From the NCBI GenBank assembly GCA_013203355.1, contig JABMQH010000181.1:1-51209 (forward strand): a DNA stretch of 51,209 nt, in the 5' to 3' direction. Shown here in pieces: positions 1-9,251 of the stretch. Numbering within the stretch: the first letter of the stretch is position 1; every line of letters begins with the position of its first letter. The notes beneath the pieces are model-generated. The model was not told the origin of the DNA. It ran no database searches and saw only the letters and a program-made list of their open reading frames with translations. The position numbers and the translations under genes were made by a program. The stretch is from Candidatus Omnitrophota bacterium. Lineage in GTDB: Bacteria; Omnitrophota; Gorgyraeia; JABMQH01.

Positions 1-70
1 CTCCAGCTCTAAAATGGGTTTTTCGAAATCTAGACCGGTTCCGTTCACCCTGCCATGCACTCCCTTCTCG

Positions 71-106
71 CCCCGTTACTACACAACAGTGTGTAACGGG
101 GTTCAT
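71..106 (-). repeat. 36-nt hairpin repeat element, copy A
   Basis: Outer stem CCCCGTTAC (71-79) / GTAACGGGG (93-101), plus inner stem ACAC/GTGT. 35/36 identical to 1424-1459. On the minus strand it begins 13 nt after the stop of the 120-932 gene. No U-tract follows. Confidence 0.85.
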
Positions 107-119
107 TATGTCACTTGCC

Positions 120-932
120 TCAATCCACTATCGTAACATCTGTCCCCGTGGGGACGATTGTATAAAGCTCCTCAACATCTTTGTTAAGCATTCTGACACA
201 GCCGGCAGTCACCTGCTGTCCTATGGTTGCCGGATCGGTTGTGCCGTGTATGCCGTAACCCTGCAAGGATAATCCAAGCCATCTTGTGCCTAAAATATTC
301 TTTGGGCTTCCCGGAAGCACTACGGCACCGGCCTTGTACCATGTAGGGTCAATTAGTTTCACCGTAACCTTAAATGCCCCTATCGGCGTTGAGCTGTCAA
401 TCCCCGTAGAAACCCTATAAACCTTTAAGACTTCATCGTTTGAGCTTAACGTTAGTGTATTTTGCGATTTGTCAACTAAAATGCTGTATTTTGCCGTCGA
501 TATCCTGAGCTTCATTCCAGGCCTTATCAAATCGGATTTAAGCCTGTTGGATTTCATTATTAAGTCAGCGGTGGTGCCGATTTTTTTTGCGATCTTACCC
601 AACGTATCTCCGGATTTAACTTCATGAACTGTTGAATAGGGCGTCGGCCTTGCGGAGAATAAAAGCTTCATATTGAGATTCCATATCTTTTCCTGATTCT
701 CCAGGGCAAATCTTCCCTGAGGATAGTCTCTTACGAGTTTTTGATAAATCTCTTTTACTTTAAGCAGGTTACCTTGGGCCTCATGCGTTTCGGCCTCTTT
801 TAAAAGCGCTGCCTCTGAGATCTTTTTCGTGTCTTGCGGCGTTTCTGTTTTACACTTTGCCAAAAATAAAACGCTCCCCAGAATAACAGCAAATATCAAA
901 GCACCTGTACCGATCAATTTACCTTGTTTCAT
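120..932 (-). CDS. LysM domain-containing L,D-transpeptidase (YkuD family), membrane anchored
   Basis: N-terminal TM helix. LysM segment HEVKSGDTLGKIAKKIG...PGMKLRI. YkuD catalytic signature GIHGTTDPATIGQQVTAGCVRM. SD GGGAGAAG upstream. Confidence 0.9.
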   Translation of the reverse strand: MKQGKLIGTGALIFAVILGSVLFLAKCKTETPQDTKKISEAALLKEAETHEAQGNLLKVKEIYQKLVRDYPQGRFALENQEKIWNLNMKLLFSARPTPYSTVHEVKSGDTLGKIAKKIGTTADLIMKSNRLKSDLIRPGMKLRISTAKYSILVDKSQNTLTLSSNDEVLKVYRVSTGIDSSTPIGAFKVTVKLIDPTWYKAGAVVLPGSPKNILGTRWLGLSLQGYGIHGTTDPATIGQQVTAGCVRMLNKDVEELYTIVPTGTDVTIVD

Positions 933-946
933 TTTCTTCTCCCTAA

Positions 947-1414
947 CTATCCTTTAAAGGAAATTACGGATACGATAACCCCGATCACCGCCCCTACCAA
1001 TACCTCCACGGGGGTATGACCAAAAAAGTCCATGACCTTCTTTTCTTCTATCTTCTTCTTCCAATAGATGTCATCAAGGATCTTATTTAAGATTATTGCC
1101 TGCCTTCCGGTTGACCTGCGGACACCCTGCGCATCAAACATGACTATCAATGCCAAAACAAACGCCACCGCAAACTGATAAGACGAAAAACCGCATACAA
1201 ATCCTACGGATGTCGCCAGTGACATCATGCCTGATACATGAGAACTTGGCATACCACCTGTCCCTGCAAACCATTTGAAATTAAATTTTCTTTCTTTGAT
1301 CACTCCCAGCATAACCTTGATGGTCTGGGCCAATGCCCATGCAGACAGCGACGTCATAAGGACCTTGTTTCTTATGATTTCCTGTAACAAATTTTCATTC
1401 ACCCCGTTACACAC
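947..1414 (-). CDS. DUF212 / YuiD-type divergent PAP2 (acid phosphatase / vanadium haloperoxidase-related) membrane protein
   Basis: Motifs GGMPSSHVS, MFDAQGVRR and GHTPVEV are typical of the YuiD family. The start is uncertain: GTG at 1414 or 1402, or TTG at 1390, and all lie in or next to the repeat element. Confidence 0.75.
   Translation of the reverse strand: MCNGVNENLLQEIIRNKVLMTSLSAWALAQTIKVMLGVIKERKFNFKWFAGTGGMPSSHVSGMMSLATSVGFVCGFSSYQFAVAFVLALIVMFDAQGVRRSTGRQAIILNKILDDIYWKKKIEEKKVMDFFGHTPVEVLVGAVIGVIVSVISFKG
1402..1414 (+). repeat. Partial inverted copy of the hairpin element (CCCCGTTACACAC)
   Basis: Exact reverse complement (13/13) of 1442-1454. Overlaps the candidate GTG start codons of the DUF212 ORF. 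Confidence 0.8.
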
Positions 1415-1423
1415 CCCTTTTCA

Positions 1424-1459
1424 CCCCGCTACTACACAACAGTGTGTAACGGGGTTCAT
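1424..1459 (-). repeat. 36-nt hairpin repeat element, copy B
   Basis: CCCCGCTAC (1424-1432) / GTAACGGGG (1446-1454). 35/36 identical to 71-106. On the minus strand it begins 5 nt after the folE stop codon. Confidence 0.85.
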
Positions 1460-1464
1460 GCTAT

Positions 1465-2022
1465 CTACCCTCTGATTAGCCCCATTGCCTCGGCGCGGGT
1501 TTTATCACTCGTCCGGAATATCCCCCTCACCGCGCTGGTTATGGTGATTATGCCCGGTTTTTTAATACCCCTCATACTCATACAGAGATGCTCTGCCTCT
1601 ATTATGACCATCGCCCCTTTAGGTTTTAATTTTTTCATTATAATTTCTACAATATCCGTCGTAAGGCGCTCCTGAACCTGAAGCCTTCTTGCATATATCT
1701 CAACTATCCTCGCCAGTTTGCTTAATCCCGTAACCCTGTTGCCCTTTGGGACATAGGCCACGTGGGCCTTTCCGATAAACGGAACCAGGTGGTGCTCACA
1801 TATAGAATATAGCGGGATGCCCTTCAAGAGGACGATCTCGTCATGCTCCTTTTCAAACACGACCTCCAGTTCCTTTGCGGGATCCAACTTTTTGCCAGAG
1901 AGGATCTCCTCATACATCTCAGCAACCCGTCTTGGTGTACCGGCGATATCCTTCCTCTTTAAATCCTCGCCCACCGCCTCAAGCAGCATGTAAATTGCCT
2001 TTTCTATCTTTTTCTTGTTCAT
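1465..2022 (-). CDS. folE: GTP cyclohydrolase I
   Basis: 185 aa. The conserved block [21 protein letters not shown] and the segment [21 protein letters not shown] are typical of FolE. Confidence 0.95.
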   Translation of the reverse strand: MNKKKIEKAIYMLLEAVGEDLKRKDIAGTPRRVAEMYEEILSGKKLDPAKELEVVFEKEHDEIVLLKGIPLYSICEHHLVPFIGKAHVAYVPKGNRVTGLSKLARIVEIYARRLQVQERLTTDIVEIIMKKLKPKGAMVIIEAEHLCMSMRGIKKPGIITITSAVRGIFRTSDKTRAEAMGLIRG

Positions 2023-2023
2023 C

Positions 2024-3451
2024 TTATTTCCCTACGCAGAATTGTTCGAAAATCCTGTTCAGCGCCTCCTGTGAAATAGATTCGCCCGTTACTTCGCCTA
2101 AAGACAAGATCGCCTCATTTATACTAATTGCAATTATATCCTCTGACTGGCCTTTGTTCAAAGAAAGGATCGCCTCGTTTACAAAATCCAATGTCCTGGA
2201 AAAAGAATCCTTATGTCTTGCGTTTGTCAGGATATTATAATCATTCGCAAAGGCCTTGCCCTTCCAGACGGCATCCGTGATGGCCTTGATCAGAATGTCC
2301 AGATTCATCTTTTTTAAAAGCGATATCTCAACAAAAGGGATATCCTTACCAAAATGTTTTCTGGCCTCCTCCCTGCACGCCAAGGGGTTATTGAGGTCTA
2401 TCTTATTCACGATACAGATAACCTCTTTCTGTTTTATTACATCACAGATATGCTTATCTTCATCTGTAAAACCCGTGCCTGCATCCATCACAAACAAAAC
2501 CAGATCGGATTTATCAATCCAGAGCCTGCTTCTTATTACCCCTTCCTTCTCTACGGGGTCTTTTGTTTCTGTAATCCCGGCGGTATCTACGATATTTAAC
2601 GATATCCCTCCTACGTTTGCGTATTCGCAGATGGCGTCTCTGGTCGTGCCCGGAATAGGGGTAACGATCACCCTCTCTTCGTTTAAAAGCTCATTCATCA
2701 AGCTTGATTTTCCTGCGTTAGGTTTACCGCAGATAACAGAACTGATCCCTTCTCTTATTATCCTCCCGGAATCAAAGGATTTTATAAAACCCTCTAAATC
2801 AGCCTTTATGGCATTCAATTTCACGAATGTCTCTTTGGCGGAATATAGGGAAAGGCCCTCATCCGGAAAGTCCACCGTAGCCTCAAGGTGGACCTTTATG
2901 TCCATGAGTTTATTTTTTAAATCCGCTATAGACTTGGATAAGTTCCCTTCAAGCTGTAAGAGCGCGATATCAAGGCCTTTTCGCGTTTTTGTTTTTACTA
3001 CATCCAAAACCGCCTCTGCCTGAATTAAATCAATCCTACCGTTCAGGAAGGCCCTCTTTGTAAACTCGCCCGGCTCTGCGAGCCTTGCGCCACAGCTCAG
3101 CACCATCTCCAGTACCTTCTTGAGAGGAACAATACCGCCATGGCAGTTGATTTCAACAACATCCTCTTTTGTATAAGTCTTGGGTGCGCGCATAACGGTC
3201 AGGATGACTTCGTCGATAATATTTCGGTTCTCGGTACTCGGTTCTCGGGGCTCGGCTGTGTCCTTCATGATCCATCCGTAATGAGTAGTGTGCGTCCCGT
3301 GACCTGATGCCTTCTTGCCGTCTTTCGAAGCAAATATCTCATCGGCTATCGAAAGCGCCTGCTTTCCGCTTAGGCGCACAATTCCTATGCCGCCCTCTCC
3401 AATAGGCGTAGCAATAGCAGCTATAGTATCATCCAGACTTATTCTAAGCAT
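2024..3451 (-). CDS. mnmE: tRNA modification GTPase MnmE
   Basis: N-terminal [20 protein letters not shown]-domain [10 protein letters not shown] / DTAG / NKID, and the C-terminal CVGK tetrapeptide. Confidence 0.95.
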   Translation of the reverse strand: MLRISLDDTIAAIATPIGEGGIGIVRLSGKQALSIADEIFASKDGKKASGHGTHTTHYGWIMKDTAEPREPSTENRNIIDEVILTVMRAPKTYTKEDVVEINCHGGIVPLKKVLEMVLSCGARLAEPGEFTKRAFLNGRIDLIQAEAVLDVVKTKTRKGLDIALLQLEGNLSKSIADLKNKLMDIKVHLEATVDFPDEGLSLYSAKETFVKLNAIKADLEGFIKSFDSGRIIREGISSVICGKPNAGKSSLMNELLNEERVIVTPIPGTTRDAICEYANVGGISLNIVDTAGITETKDPVEKEGVIRSRLWIDKSDLVLFVMDAGTGFTDEDKHICDVIKQKEVICIVNKIDLNNPLACREEARKHFGKDIPFVEISLLKKMNLDILIKAITDAVWKGKAFANDYNILTNARHKDSFSRTLDFVNEAILSLNKGQSEDIIAISINEAILSLGEVTGESISQEALNRIFEQFCVGK

Positions 3452-4778
3452 AACTTAACTCTTTTGTACTATTTTTTTCCAGGACCTCGCCTACTACAAA
3501 CAGGGATCCGGTCACTAAGATCAGATCCGGGGCCTTAGCCATCCCTTCCGCCACATGCATGGCTTCTTCAACACTAGTTGTACATCGCGCATCTTTTTTA
3601 AAATATTGCTTTATAGCCATGGGCTCTTCGGCCCTTGGCGATTTCGCCTTTGTTAAAATTATTGAATCGCTTATAGGTGCCAGTTCTTCGCAAATAGCTT
3701 TTTTATCCTTATCCTTGGAAATCCCAAGAACCAAGATCAATTTGTTATAATCAAAAATCTTCTTTACCGCTTCCTTCAGAGCCCTGGCACTGGCTCTATT
3801 CTGGGCCCCATCTAAAACCACATAAGGATTATTTCTTATAACCTGAAGGCGGCCCGGCCAGTTTACGTTCCTTAGGCCATCTTTAACAGCATTGTATCTG
3901 ACTATTATATCATAAAATCGTAAAGACTCAATTAATCCTATAGCCGTTGCCGCATTCATCAGCTGATGGTGCCCTAATAGGTTGAGCTCCAGATCAGGGT
4001 ACTCCTGAAAAACCCCCTTAACAGAAAAGGCCTGTTTCCCCTCAAATACGGCCCTGGCGGGGTCTTGATCAAAATGCAGATCTCTCCCTACCTCATACAA
4101 CCTGCAATGCTTATCTTCGCAAGTCTTTCTAATTACACCCCTTGCAGAATCATCCTGAAGCGAGCTAACGCATATACTGTCTTTTTTTATTATCTCGGCC
4201 TTTTCCCGCGCTATTTTTTCTAACGTCTTCCCTAATTTTTGAGTATGCTCTAAACTAATCTGTGTAATCCCGCAGCAGGAGGGTTTTATGATGTTCGTGG
4301 CATCAAGCCTGCCACCCATCCCAACTTCCAGAACACAGAAATCCGCTTTTTTTTCTTTAAAATATAAAAATGCCAAAGCGGTGCATATCTCAAAAAACGT
4401 CGGGGATTCATCGCTTTTCTTGTCTGTTTCCTCAAGGACAGGTTTCATCCGCTCTATGAGGCCAGAAAGTTCCGATTCGCTTATAGGCTCATCATTTATC
4501 TTTATCCTCTCTCTAAAAGAAACTAAGTGAGGTGAAGTATATAGCCCGGTTTTGTAACCCGCCTTTTTTAATATCGAGGCAACCATGGCTGCCGTAGAGC
4601 CCTTCCCCTTCGTACCTGCAATATGTATGCATCTTAAGTCTAAATGCGGATTACCCAGTTTTTCGGAAAACCTTTGCATCCTCTCAAGCCTCAAGGACTC
4701 TTTATAATCAAAGAACGACATCTTCTCGTAATCTATAAACGAATCTAAATATTCTAAGGCCTCTTTGTAAGTCATCAA
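3444..4778 (-). CDS. folC: Bifunctional folylpolyglutamate synthase / dihydrofolate synthase
   Basis: Mur-ligase P-loop HIAGTKGKGST. Shows the YTSPHL and LEVGMGGRLDATN motifs characteristic of FolC. Confidence 0.9.
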   Translation of the reverse strand: MMTYKEALEYLDSFIDYEKMSFFDYKESLRLERMQRFSEKLGNPHLDLRCIHIAGTKGKGSTAAMVASILKKAGYKTGLYTSPHLVSFRERIKINDEPISESELSGLIERMKPVLEETDKKSDESPTFFEICTALAFLYFKEKKADFCVLEVGMGGRLDATNIIKPSCCGITQISLEHTQKLGKTLEKIAREKAEIIKKDSICVSSLQDDSARGVIRKTCEDKHCRLYEVGRDLHFDQDPARAVFEGKQAFSVKGVFQEYPDLELNLLGHHQLMNAATAIGLIESLRFYDIIVRYNAVKDGLRNVNWPGRLQVIRNNPYVVLDGAQNRASARALKEAVKKIFDYNKLILVLGISKDKDKKAICEELAPISDSIILTKAKSPRAEEPMAIKQYFKKDARCTTSVEEAMHVAEGMAKAPDLILVTGSLFVVGEVLEKNSTKELSYA

Positions 4779-6358
4779 TGCTTAAAGTGCCTTGCGCCGG
4801 TGAATACCATCGCGATCCCGGCTTTATCGGCTGCTTTTATAACCTCGGCATCTCTAATCGAGCCGCCGGGTTGAATAATCGCAACGACGCCTGCCTTCTT
4901 GGCCATCTGAACGGCATCCTCTTTCGGGAAAAAGGCGTCACTTGCTAAACATGAACCGCTTGCCAGCTTGCCGGCTTTCCTGGCGGCAATTATTACTGAA
5001 TCAACCCTGGACATCTGACCGGCGCCTGTCCCGACTGTTTTCGTCCCTTTTGTGAGCACTATCCCGTTTGACTTTACATGCTTTGCGATCTTCCAGCCAA
5101 ACAGAAGGGATTCCAGCTCTGCCTTGGTAGGTTTTTTCTTCGTCACAACTTTAACATCAACATCGCTTTTCAGATCCCTGTCCTGCACAAGCATCCCCCC
5201 AACAACCTTTTTCATATCTAGATCTGGCTTTCCTTTTTTTGTTCCAAAATTTGGCACTTCCAGAATCCTTAAATTCTTTTTCGTCTTTAAGGTTTCGAGG
5301 GCCTTTTCATCATAAGACGGGGCAATGATACATTCAACAAAATCTGCCTCATCTATAATCGCCTTTGCGGCTTCCGGGTCGACTTTCTTATTCAAGCCTA
5401 CGATGGAGCCAAAGGCGCTGAGTCTATCCGCATCCAACGCATCCACAAATGCCTTCTTCAATGTATCCGCAACGGCAGCCCCGCACGGATTCGTATGCTT
5501 TATCACGCTTACCGCCGGTTCTTCAAAGTCCTTAACAATTTCAATCGCGGCATTAAGATCCAAAATGTTATTAAATGACAGCTCTTTGCCATGCAGCTGC
5601 TTGGCAGTGGAAACGCCCGGTTCTTTAATGGCCTCATCCTTATAGAACGCTGCTTTCTGATGGGGGTTTTCACCGTATCTTAAATCCTGGACCTTCTTGA
5701 GTTCAAGATTTAATGCCGGCGGTAATCCGGTATCTGCCTTTTTGTCAGCGACTGCTGATCTTCCGAACTTCTTGCCCAGAAAGGCCTCTATGGTAGCGTC
5801 GTATTGCGCGGTATGCTCAAATACCTCAACCGCTAATTTTTCTAACGTCACATCACCTATGCGTCCCTTGTTCTTTTTCATCTCCTTTAAAACTTCGGCA
5901 TATTTGTCAGGATTGCATATCACGGCAACGGACCGAAAATTCTTTGCCCCGCTGCGAAGCATCGAAGGCCCGCCGATATCAATATTCTCAATGGCCTCTT
6001 CCAGTTTTATGTTTGCCTTTTTTGTAACTTCCTTAAACGGGTACAGGTTAACAACCACCATATCTATAAGGCCTATATCGTGCTTTTTAAGCTGGTCCAT
6101 ATGTGCCGCACTATTCCTTAATCCCAAAAGGCCGCCATGTATTTTCGGATGAAGTGTCTTCACGCGCCCGTCCATCATCTCGGGAAAACCCGTGTAGTCG
6201 GAAACCTGTTTGACGGGGATCCCTAAATCGGCGATTTTCTTGGCGGTACCGCCGGTAGACAAGATCTCAACGCCAAAATCATGTAGCCCCTTTACGAAAT
6301 TGTCTAAGTTCTTTTTGTCTGAAACACTTATTAATGCCCTTTTTATTTCCACCATCAA
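4775..6358 (-). CDS. purH: Bifunctional AICAR transformylase / IMP cyclohydrolase
   Basis: 527 aa. N-terminal MGS-like RALISVSDK...STGGTAK, KTLHPKIHGGLL, and C-terminal QPGGSIRD...TGARHFKH. Confidence 0.95.
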   Translation of the reverse strand: MMVEIKRALISVSDKKNLDNFVKGLHDFGVEILSTGGTAKKIADLGIPVKQVSDYTGFPEMMDGRVKTLHPKIHGGLLGLRNSAAHMDQLKKHDIGLIDMVVVNLYPFKEVTKKANIKLEEAIENIDIGGPSMLRSGAKNFRSVAVICNPDKYAEVLKEMKKNKGRIGDVTLEKLAVEVFEHTAQYDATIEAFLGKKFGRSAVADKKADTGLPPALNLELKKVQDLRYGENPHQKAAFYKDEAIKEPGVSTAKQLHGKELSFNNILDLNAAIEIVKDFEEPAVSVIKHTNPCGAAVADTLKKAFVDALDADRLSAFGSIVGLNKKVDPEAAKAIIDEADFVECIIAPSYDEKALETLKTKKNLRILEVPNFGTKKGKPDLDMKKVVGGMLVQDRDLKSDVDVKVVTKKKPTKAELESLLFGWKIAKHVKSNGIVLTKGTKTVGTGAGQMSRVDSVIIAARKAGKLASGSCLASDAFFPKEDAVQMAKKAGVVAIIQPGGSIRDAEVIKAADKAGIAMVFTGARHFKH

Positions 6359-6379
6359 AGCCCCCCCTCTTCCTATTGT

Positions 6380-6940
6380 TTATTGCTTTAAGGCAATTAA
6401 TTTGATCTTGGAAATCTTAAGCGCCTTCTCCATTGCGATCACTTCTTTTCCGAGCGCTTCTATCTGCTCATTTAAACTCTCAAGCTTCTCCTGCCATTTT
6501 GACACATCTTCGGGTGATACGGTGAGAGTCTTCTGCTGATTTACCAGATTGGTAAGATTTTTCTTCGTGCTCATTAAATTTTTAAACATGGCCTTCTTGG
6601 TAGAGACGGTATTTGTTAAAATCTCTATATCTTCCTTTACCTGAAGCCGTTCGGGATCCAGCTGCTTTTTCAAATCGCTTACTTTTGAATTTATATCTCT
6701 TTTTTGTTCATTGAATTTGTCCTTAATAGTTCTTATATGCGCATATGCCATGGTCTTCGCATCATGAAGCTGATTCAGGAGAAAATTAATCCTTGAATCC
6801 ACCTCTTTCTTCTTTGCCAGGACTTCCTTGAATGAAGGGTCGTATTTGGTTATCTCATCAAGTGATTCCTGGCCAATCGGTGCACAGCCACTAACAAGAA
6901 ACAAAAAGCAAAAAGTCAAAAACAGAAAATTTTTGACCAT
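6380..6940 (-). CDS. Coiled-coil lipoprotein, function unknown
   Basis: Signal peptide with lipobox LVSGC. The remainder is heptad-rich and K/E-rich. SD GGAGGGGG upstream. Confidence 0.6.
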   Translation of the reverse strand: MVKNFLFLTFCFLFLVSGCAPIGQESLDEITKYDPSFKEVLAKKKEVDSRINFLLNQLHDAKTMAYAHIRTIKDKFNEQKRDINSKVSDLKKQLDPERLQVKEDIEILTNTVSTKKAMFKNLMSTKKNLTNLVNQQKTLTVSPEDVSKWQEKLESLNEQIEALGKEVIAMEKALKISKIKLIALKQ

Positions 6941-6957
6941 ATCCCCCTCCTGTGTCT

Positions 6958-7965
6958 TCAGACATTAAACTTGAAATTAATAATATCCGCGTCTTGGACT
7001 ATGTAATCCTTGCCTTCAAGCCTTAAGATACCGCGTTTTTTTGCTTCATTAAACCCGCCGCATTCTATAAAATCTTTATAATTTATAACCTCTGCCTTAA
7101 TAAAACCCCTTTGTATGTCAGTATGAACCTTCCCGGCTGCTTCTATGGCGCGGGAGCCGCTCTTTACCGGCCAGGACTTCATCTGATCCCCTTTGACCGT
7201 AAAAAATGAAACCAGCCTTAAGGTTTTATAGGCGGCCTTTACAATTCTGCTCATTGAAAGCTCGGTAATACCGGAGGATTTTGAAAATTCCGCCCTTTCC
7301 TCCTCGGGCAACTCCATGATCTCCGATTCTATCTTCGCGCACAATTCGATCATTTCCAAATTCTCTTGTTTGGCGAATTCTGAAAGGGCGCTACTTTGGC
7401 CCTTATTTATCTGCTCCTCGGCTATGTTTGATATTAGAAAAAGGGTCTTTAAACTCAAAAATTGATATCCGTACAATAACTTTGCGTCTTCTTTTGTAAA
7501 TTGTAATTCTCTAAGAGGCCTTGATTTTTCAAGCTGGGCCTTGCATTTTAAAAGCAGGTTATATTCTGCCTGCTCATTGAGCTTCTTTCCTGCTTCTATC
7601 TCTTTCTTCATCCCCGGCAGTCTGTGTTCCATGATCTGAAGGTCCGAGAGAATCAAATCCGCGTATATCCCTTCGGCGTCCTTCTTCTGGGAAGTCCCGG
7701 AAAAAGAACCTATGACCACTACCAGGGCATCGCTTTCTTTTGAATGAACCAAGTCGAAAGAATGGGTATCCAGAAACGTTATCTCCGCATGGGTCAGTTT
7801 CTTCGGATTCAGGATCTTTGCCAGATTATCAAGGCGTTCATCCGGAACAAACACGCCACCCAGGTGCGGCTTTACTCTATCCTTCTGGTCAGGGTGGAGT
7901 TCTGTTATTGCAGTAAATAAAGTTGTCTTCCCGCTACCAGGCAGACCTATAATCGCTATTTTCAT
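6958..7965 (-). CDS. ychF: YchF-family (Obg-like) ATPase/GTPase with degenerate switch motifs
   Basis: P-loop GLPGSGKTT. The C-terminal YchF/DUF933-TGS block FFT.K....W....G..A.EAAGKVHTDIQRGFIKAEVINYKDF...LRLEGKDYIVQDADIINFKFNV aligns closely with E. coli YchF. Confidence 0.8.
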   Translation of the reverse strand: MKIAIIGLPGSGKTTLFTAITELHPDQKDRVKPHLGGVFVPDERLDNLAKILNPKKLTHAEITFLDTHSFDLVHSKESDALVVVIGSFSGTSQKKDAEGIYADLILSDLQIMEHRLPGMKKEIEAGKKLNEQAEYNLLLKCKAQLEKSRPLRELQFTKEDAKLLYGYQFLSLKTLFLISNIAEEQINKGQSSALSEFAKQENLEMIELCAKIESEIMELPEEERAEFSKSSGITELSMSRIVKAAYKTLRLVSFFTVKGDQMKSWPVKSGSRAIEAAGKVHTDIQRGFIKAEVINYKDFIECGGFNEAKKRGILRLEGKDYIVQDADIINFKFNV

Positions 7966-9251
7966 TTTATGTGTTTTATAAATAAAGGCATAAGCTGCGG
8001 GCCCAGTAATTCACCGAGGCTTCCTTTTTTACAGTTTGATTCTCCGAATGAAGTCAAACCATCTGAAGCAATGCCGGCGCTTACGATCATAAGCGGAACG
8101 GGATCGGCGGAATGCGCCTTCATCTTACAAGGGGTTGAATGATCACCCGTAACTGCTATAAGAAAATCCTTCAGGTCTATTTTGGAAAGAAGGTTTGAAA
8201 AGAAAAACTTATCGATTGCCTCTATGCTTTCAAGCTTCTTTTTAAAATTTCCATCGTGGGCGGGTTCATCCGGGCCTTTCAGATGGATATATATGGAATC
8301 GAATTTTTTAACGTTATCAAGAACCAGGCCGCTTCGTAGCTTATAATCCTTTTCCAGATCCCCAGTCGGTAACGGTGTCTTTATGATTTCCATGCCGGTC
8401 AATAAGGCAATACCTCTTTCTACCGGCATCTCAACGAGACTACCGAACTTGGCTCCAAACATCTTGCCTAGATCGGGGAATTTGGGCAGCCTGTCGCCTG
8501 CGTCTCTTGCCAATATAACGTTGGCCGCAACCTTTCCCTCTGCCCTTCTTTTTTTATTAATCTCTGAGGCCTCCAAAACCTCGCTGCTTTTTTCTGTAAA
8601 TTCATTGGTGAGCATTGCGGATACAATAGCCTCTTTGGAATCTTTGAATTTTTCCGTAGGCTCGCATTTAAGGACTATCTTTTCGAATTTTGCCTTTGCA
8701 ATTCCGTAAGACCCTTCCTTTTCATACGCGGGGTCTGTATTTGTGACTTCACTGGAAAGCCTTCCGTCTTTTCTTTTTATTACAAGTATCCCTCTATGAC
8801 CTATAGTGTTTTTAAAAATAAAATCAGCGGGAGCGCTTGTAAGTTTAACCTTTTCATTCATCTCTTTTGCTAAAGCGGTGGCCTCTTGAGTCGTCAGGTT
8901 CCTTCCGACGCGCCTGTCTAGAATCTTATTTGAGCCCGTCTGCCTTGTAGCAAAGTTTACCCTAAAGGCAAGGTCCCCGTCTTGTATGTCCAGGCCTTCC
9001 GAAAAGGCCTCAAGCGGCCCTCTCCCGGTATAATGTTTACTCGCGTCATACCCAAGCAGACTTATAACCGCTACATCCGACTCCGGCGCGATATTCCTCC
9101 CGACAGTATAAACAAGGCCCATCTTTGAGTCTTTCGCTAATCTATCCAGATTTGGCGTTTTTGCCGCCTCAAGGGGTGTCTTATCGCCAAGTTCGGCAAT
9201 AGGTAAATCGCCTACTCCATCTAAAACAACATACAGTAATTTCTTCTTCAC
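7962..9251 (-). CDS. apgM: Cofactor-independent phosphoglycerate mutase, archaeal type
   Basis: N-terminal YVVLDGVGD, TPNLDRLA, and C-terminal TGDHSTP motif. GTG start in a GTGA overlap with the ogg stop. Confidence 0.85.
   Translation of the reverse strand: MKKKLLYVVLDGVGDLPIAELGDKTPLEAAKTPNLDRLAKDSKMGLVYTVGRNIAPESDVAVISLLGYDASKHYTGRGPLEAFSEGLDIQDGDLAFRVNFATRQTGSNKILDRRVGRNLTTQEATALAKEMNEKVKLTSAPADFIFKNTIGHRGILVIKRKDGRLSSEVTNTDPAYEKEGSYGIAKAKFEKIVLKCEPTEKFKDSKEAIVSAMLTNEFTEKSSEVLEASEINKKRRAEGKVAANVILARDAGDRLPKFPDLGKMFGAKFGSLVEMPVERGIALLTGMEIIKTPLPTGDLEKDYKLRSGLVLDNVKKFDSIYIHLKGPDEPAHDGNFKKKLESIEAIDKFFFSNLLSKIDLKDFLIAVTGDHSTPCKMKAHSADPVPLMIVSAGIASDGLTSFGESNCKKGSLGELLGPQLMPLFIKHIK

Noticed and set aside
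1-106. Left-edge sequence considered as a riboswitch or gene start. On the plus strand, CTAGACCGGTTCCG (30-43) vaguely recalls the guanidine-I/ykkC CUAGGGUUCCG. On the minus strand, AAGGGAG...GGTGAAC vaguely recalls the cobalamin riboswitch core. An open minus-strand frame from the ATG at 106 (MNPVTHCCVVTGREG...) runs off the edge.
   Set aside because: The matches are partial and the other conserved blocks are missing or lie outside the window. No plus-strand gene follows. A 35-codon open frame is not statistically meaningful, and the same ATG in copy B gives only a 12-aa peptide.
71-1459. The two 36-nt repeats considered as integron attC sites or cassette boundaries, or as remnants of a mobile element.
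   Set aside because: The cores do not fit GTTRRRY/RYYYAAC well. The element is only about 36 nt long. No integrase or transposase is present. The enclosed genes are ordinary envelope genes in the same orientation and apparent operon as their neighbours.
2256-3023. Long antisense ORFs opposite real genes. Examples: 2256-3023 (+, 255 aa) in mnmE, 5697-6152 in purH, 39782-40240 in ttcA, 45475-45930 in the RCK_C gene, 47849-48253 (-) in the Na/Pi transporter, and 24712-25149 in mnmG.
   Set aside because: Their translations are low-complexity, S/L/F/P-rich sequences typical of shadow frames. Each lies entirely inside a gene with clear family motifs on the other strand, and none has an SD or promoter.
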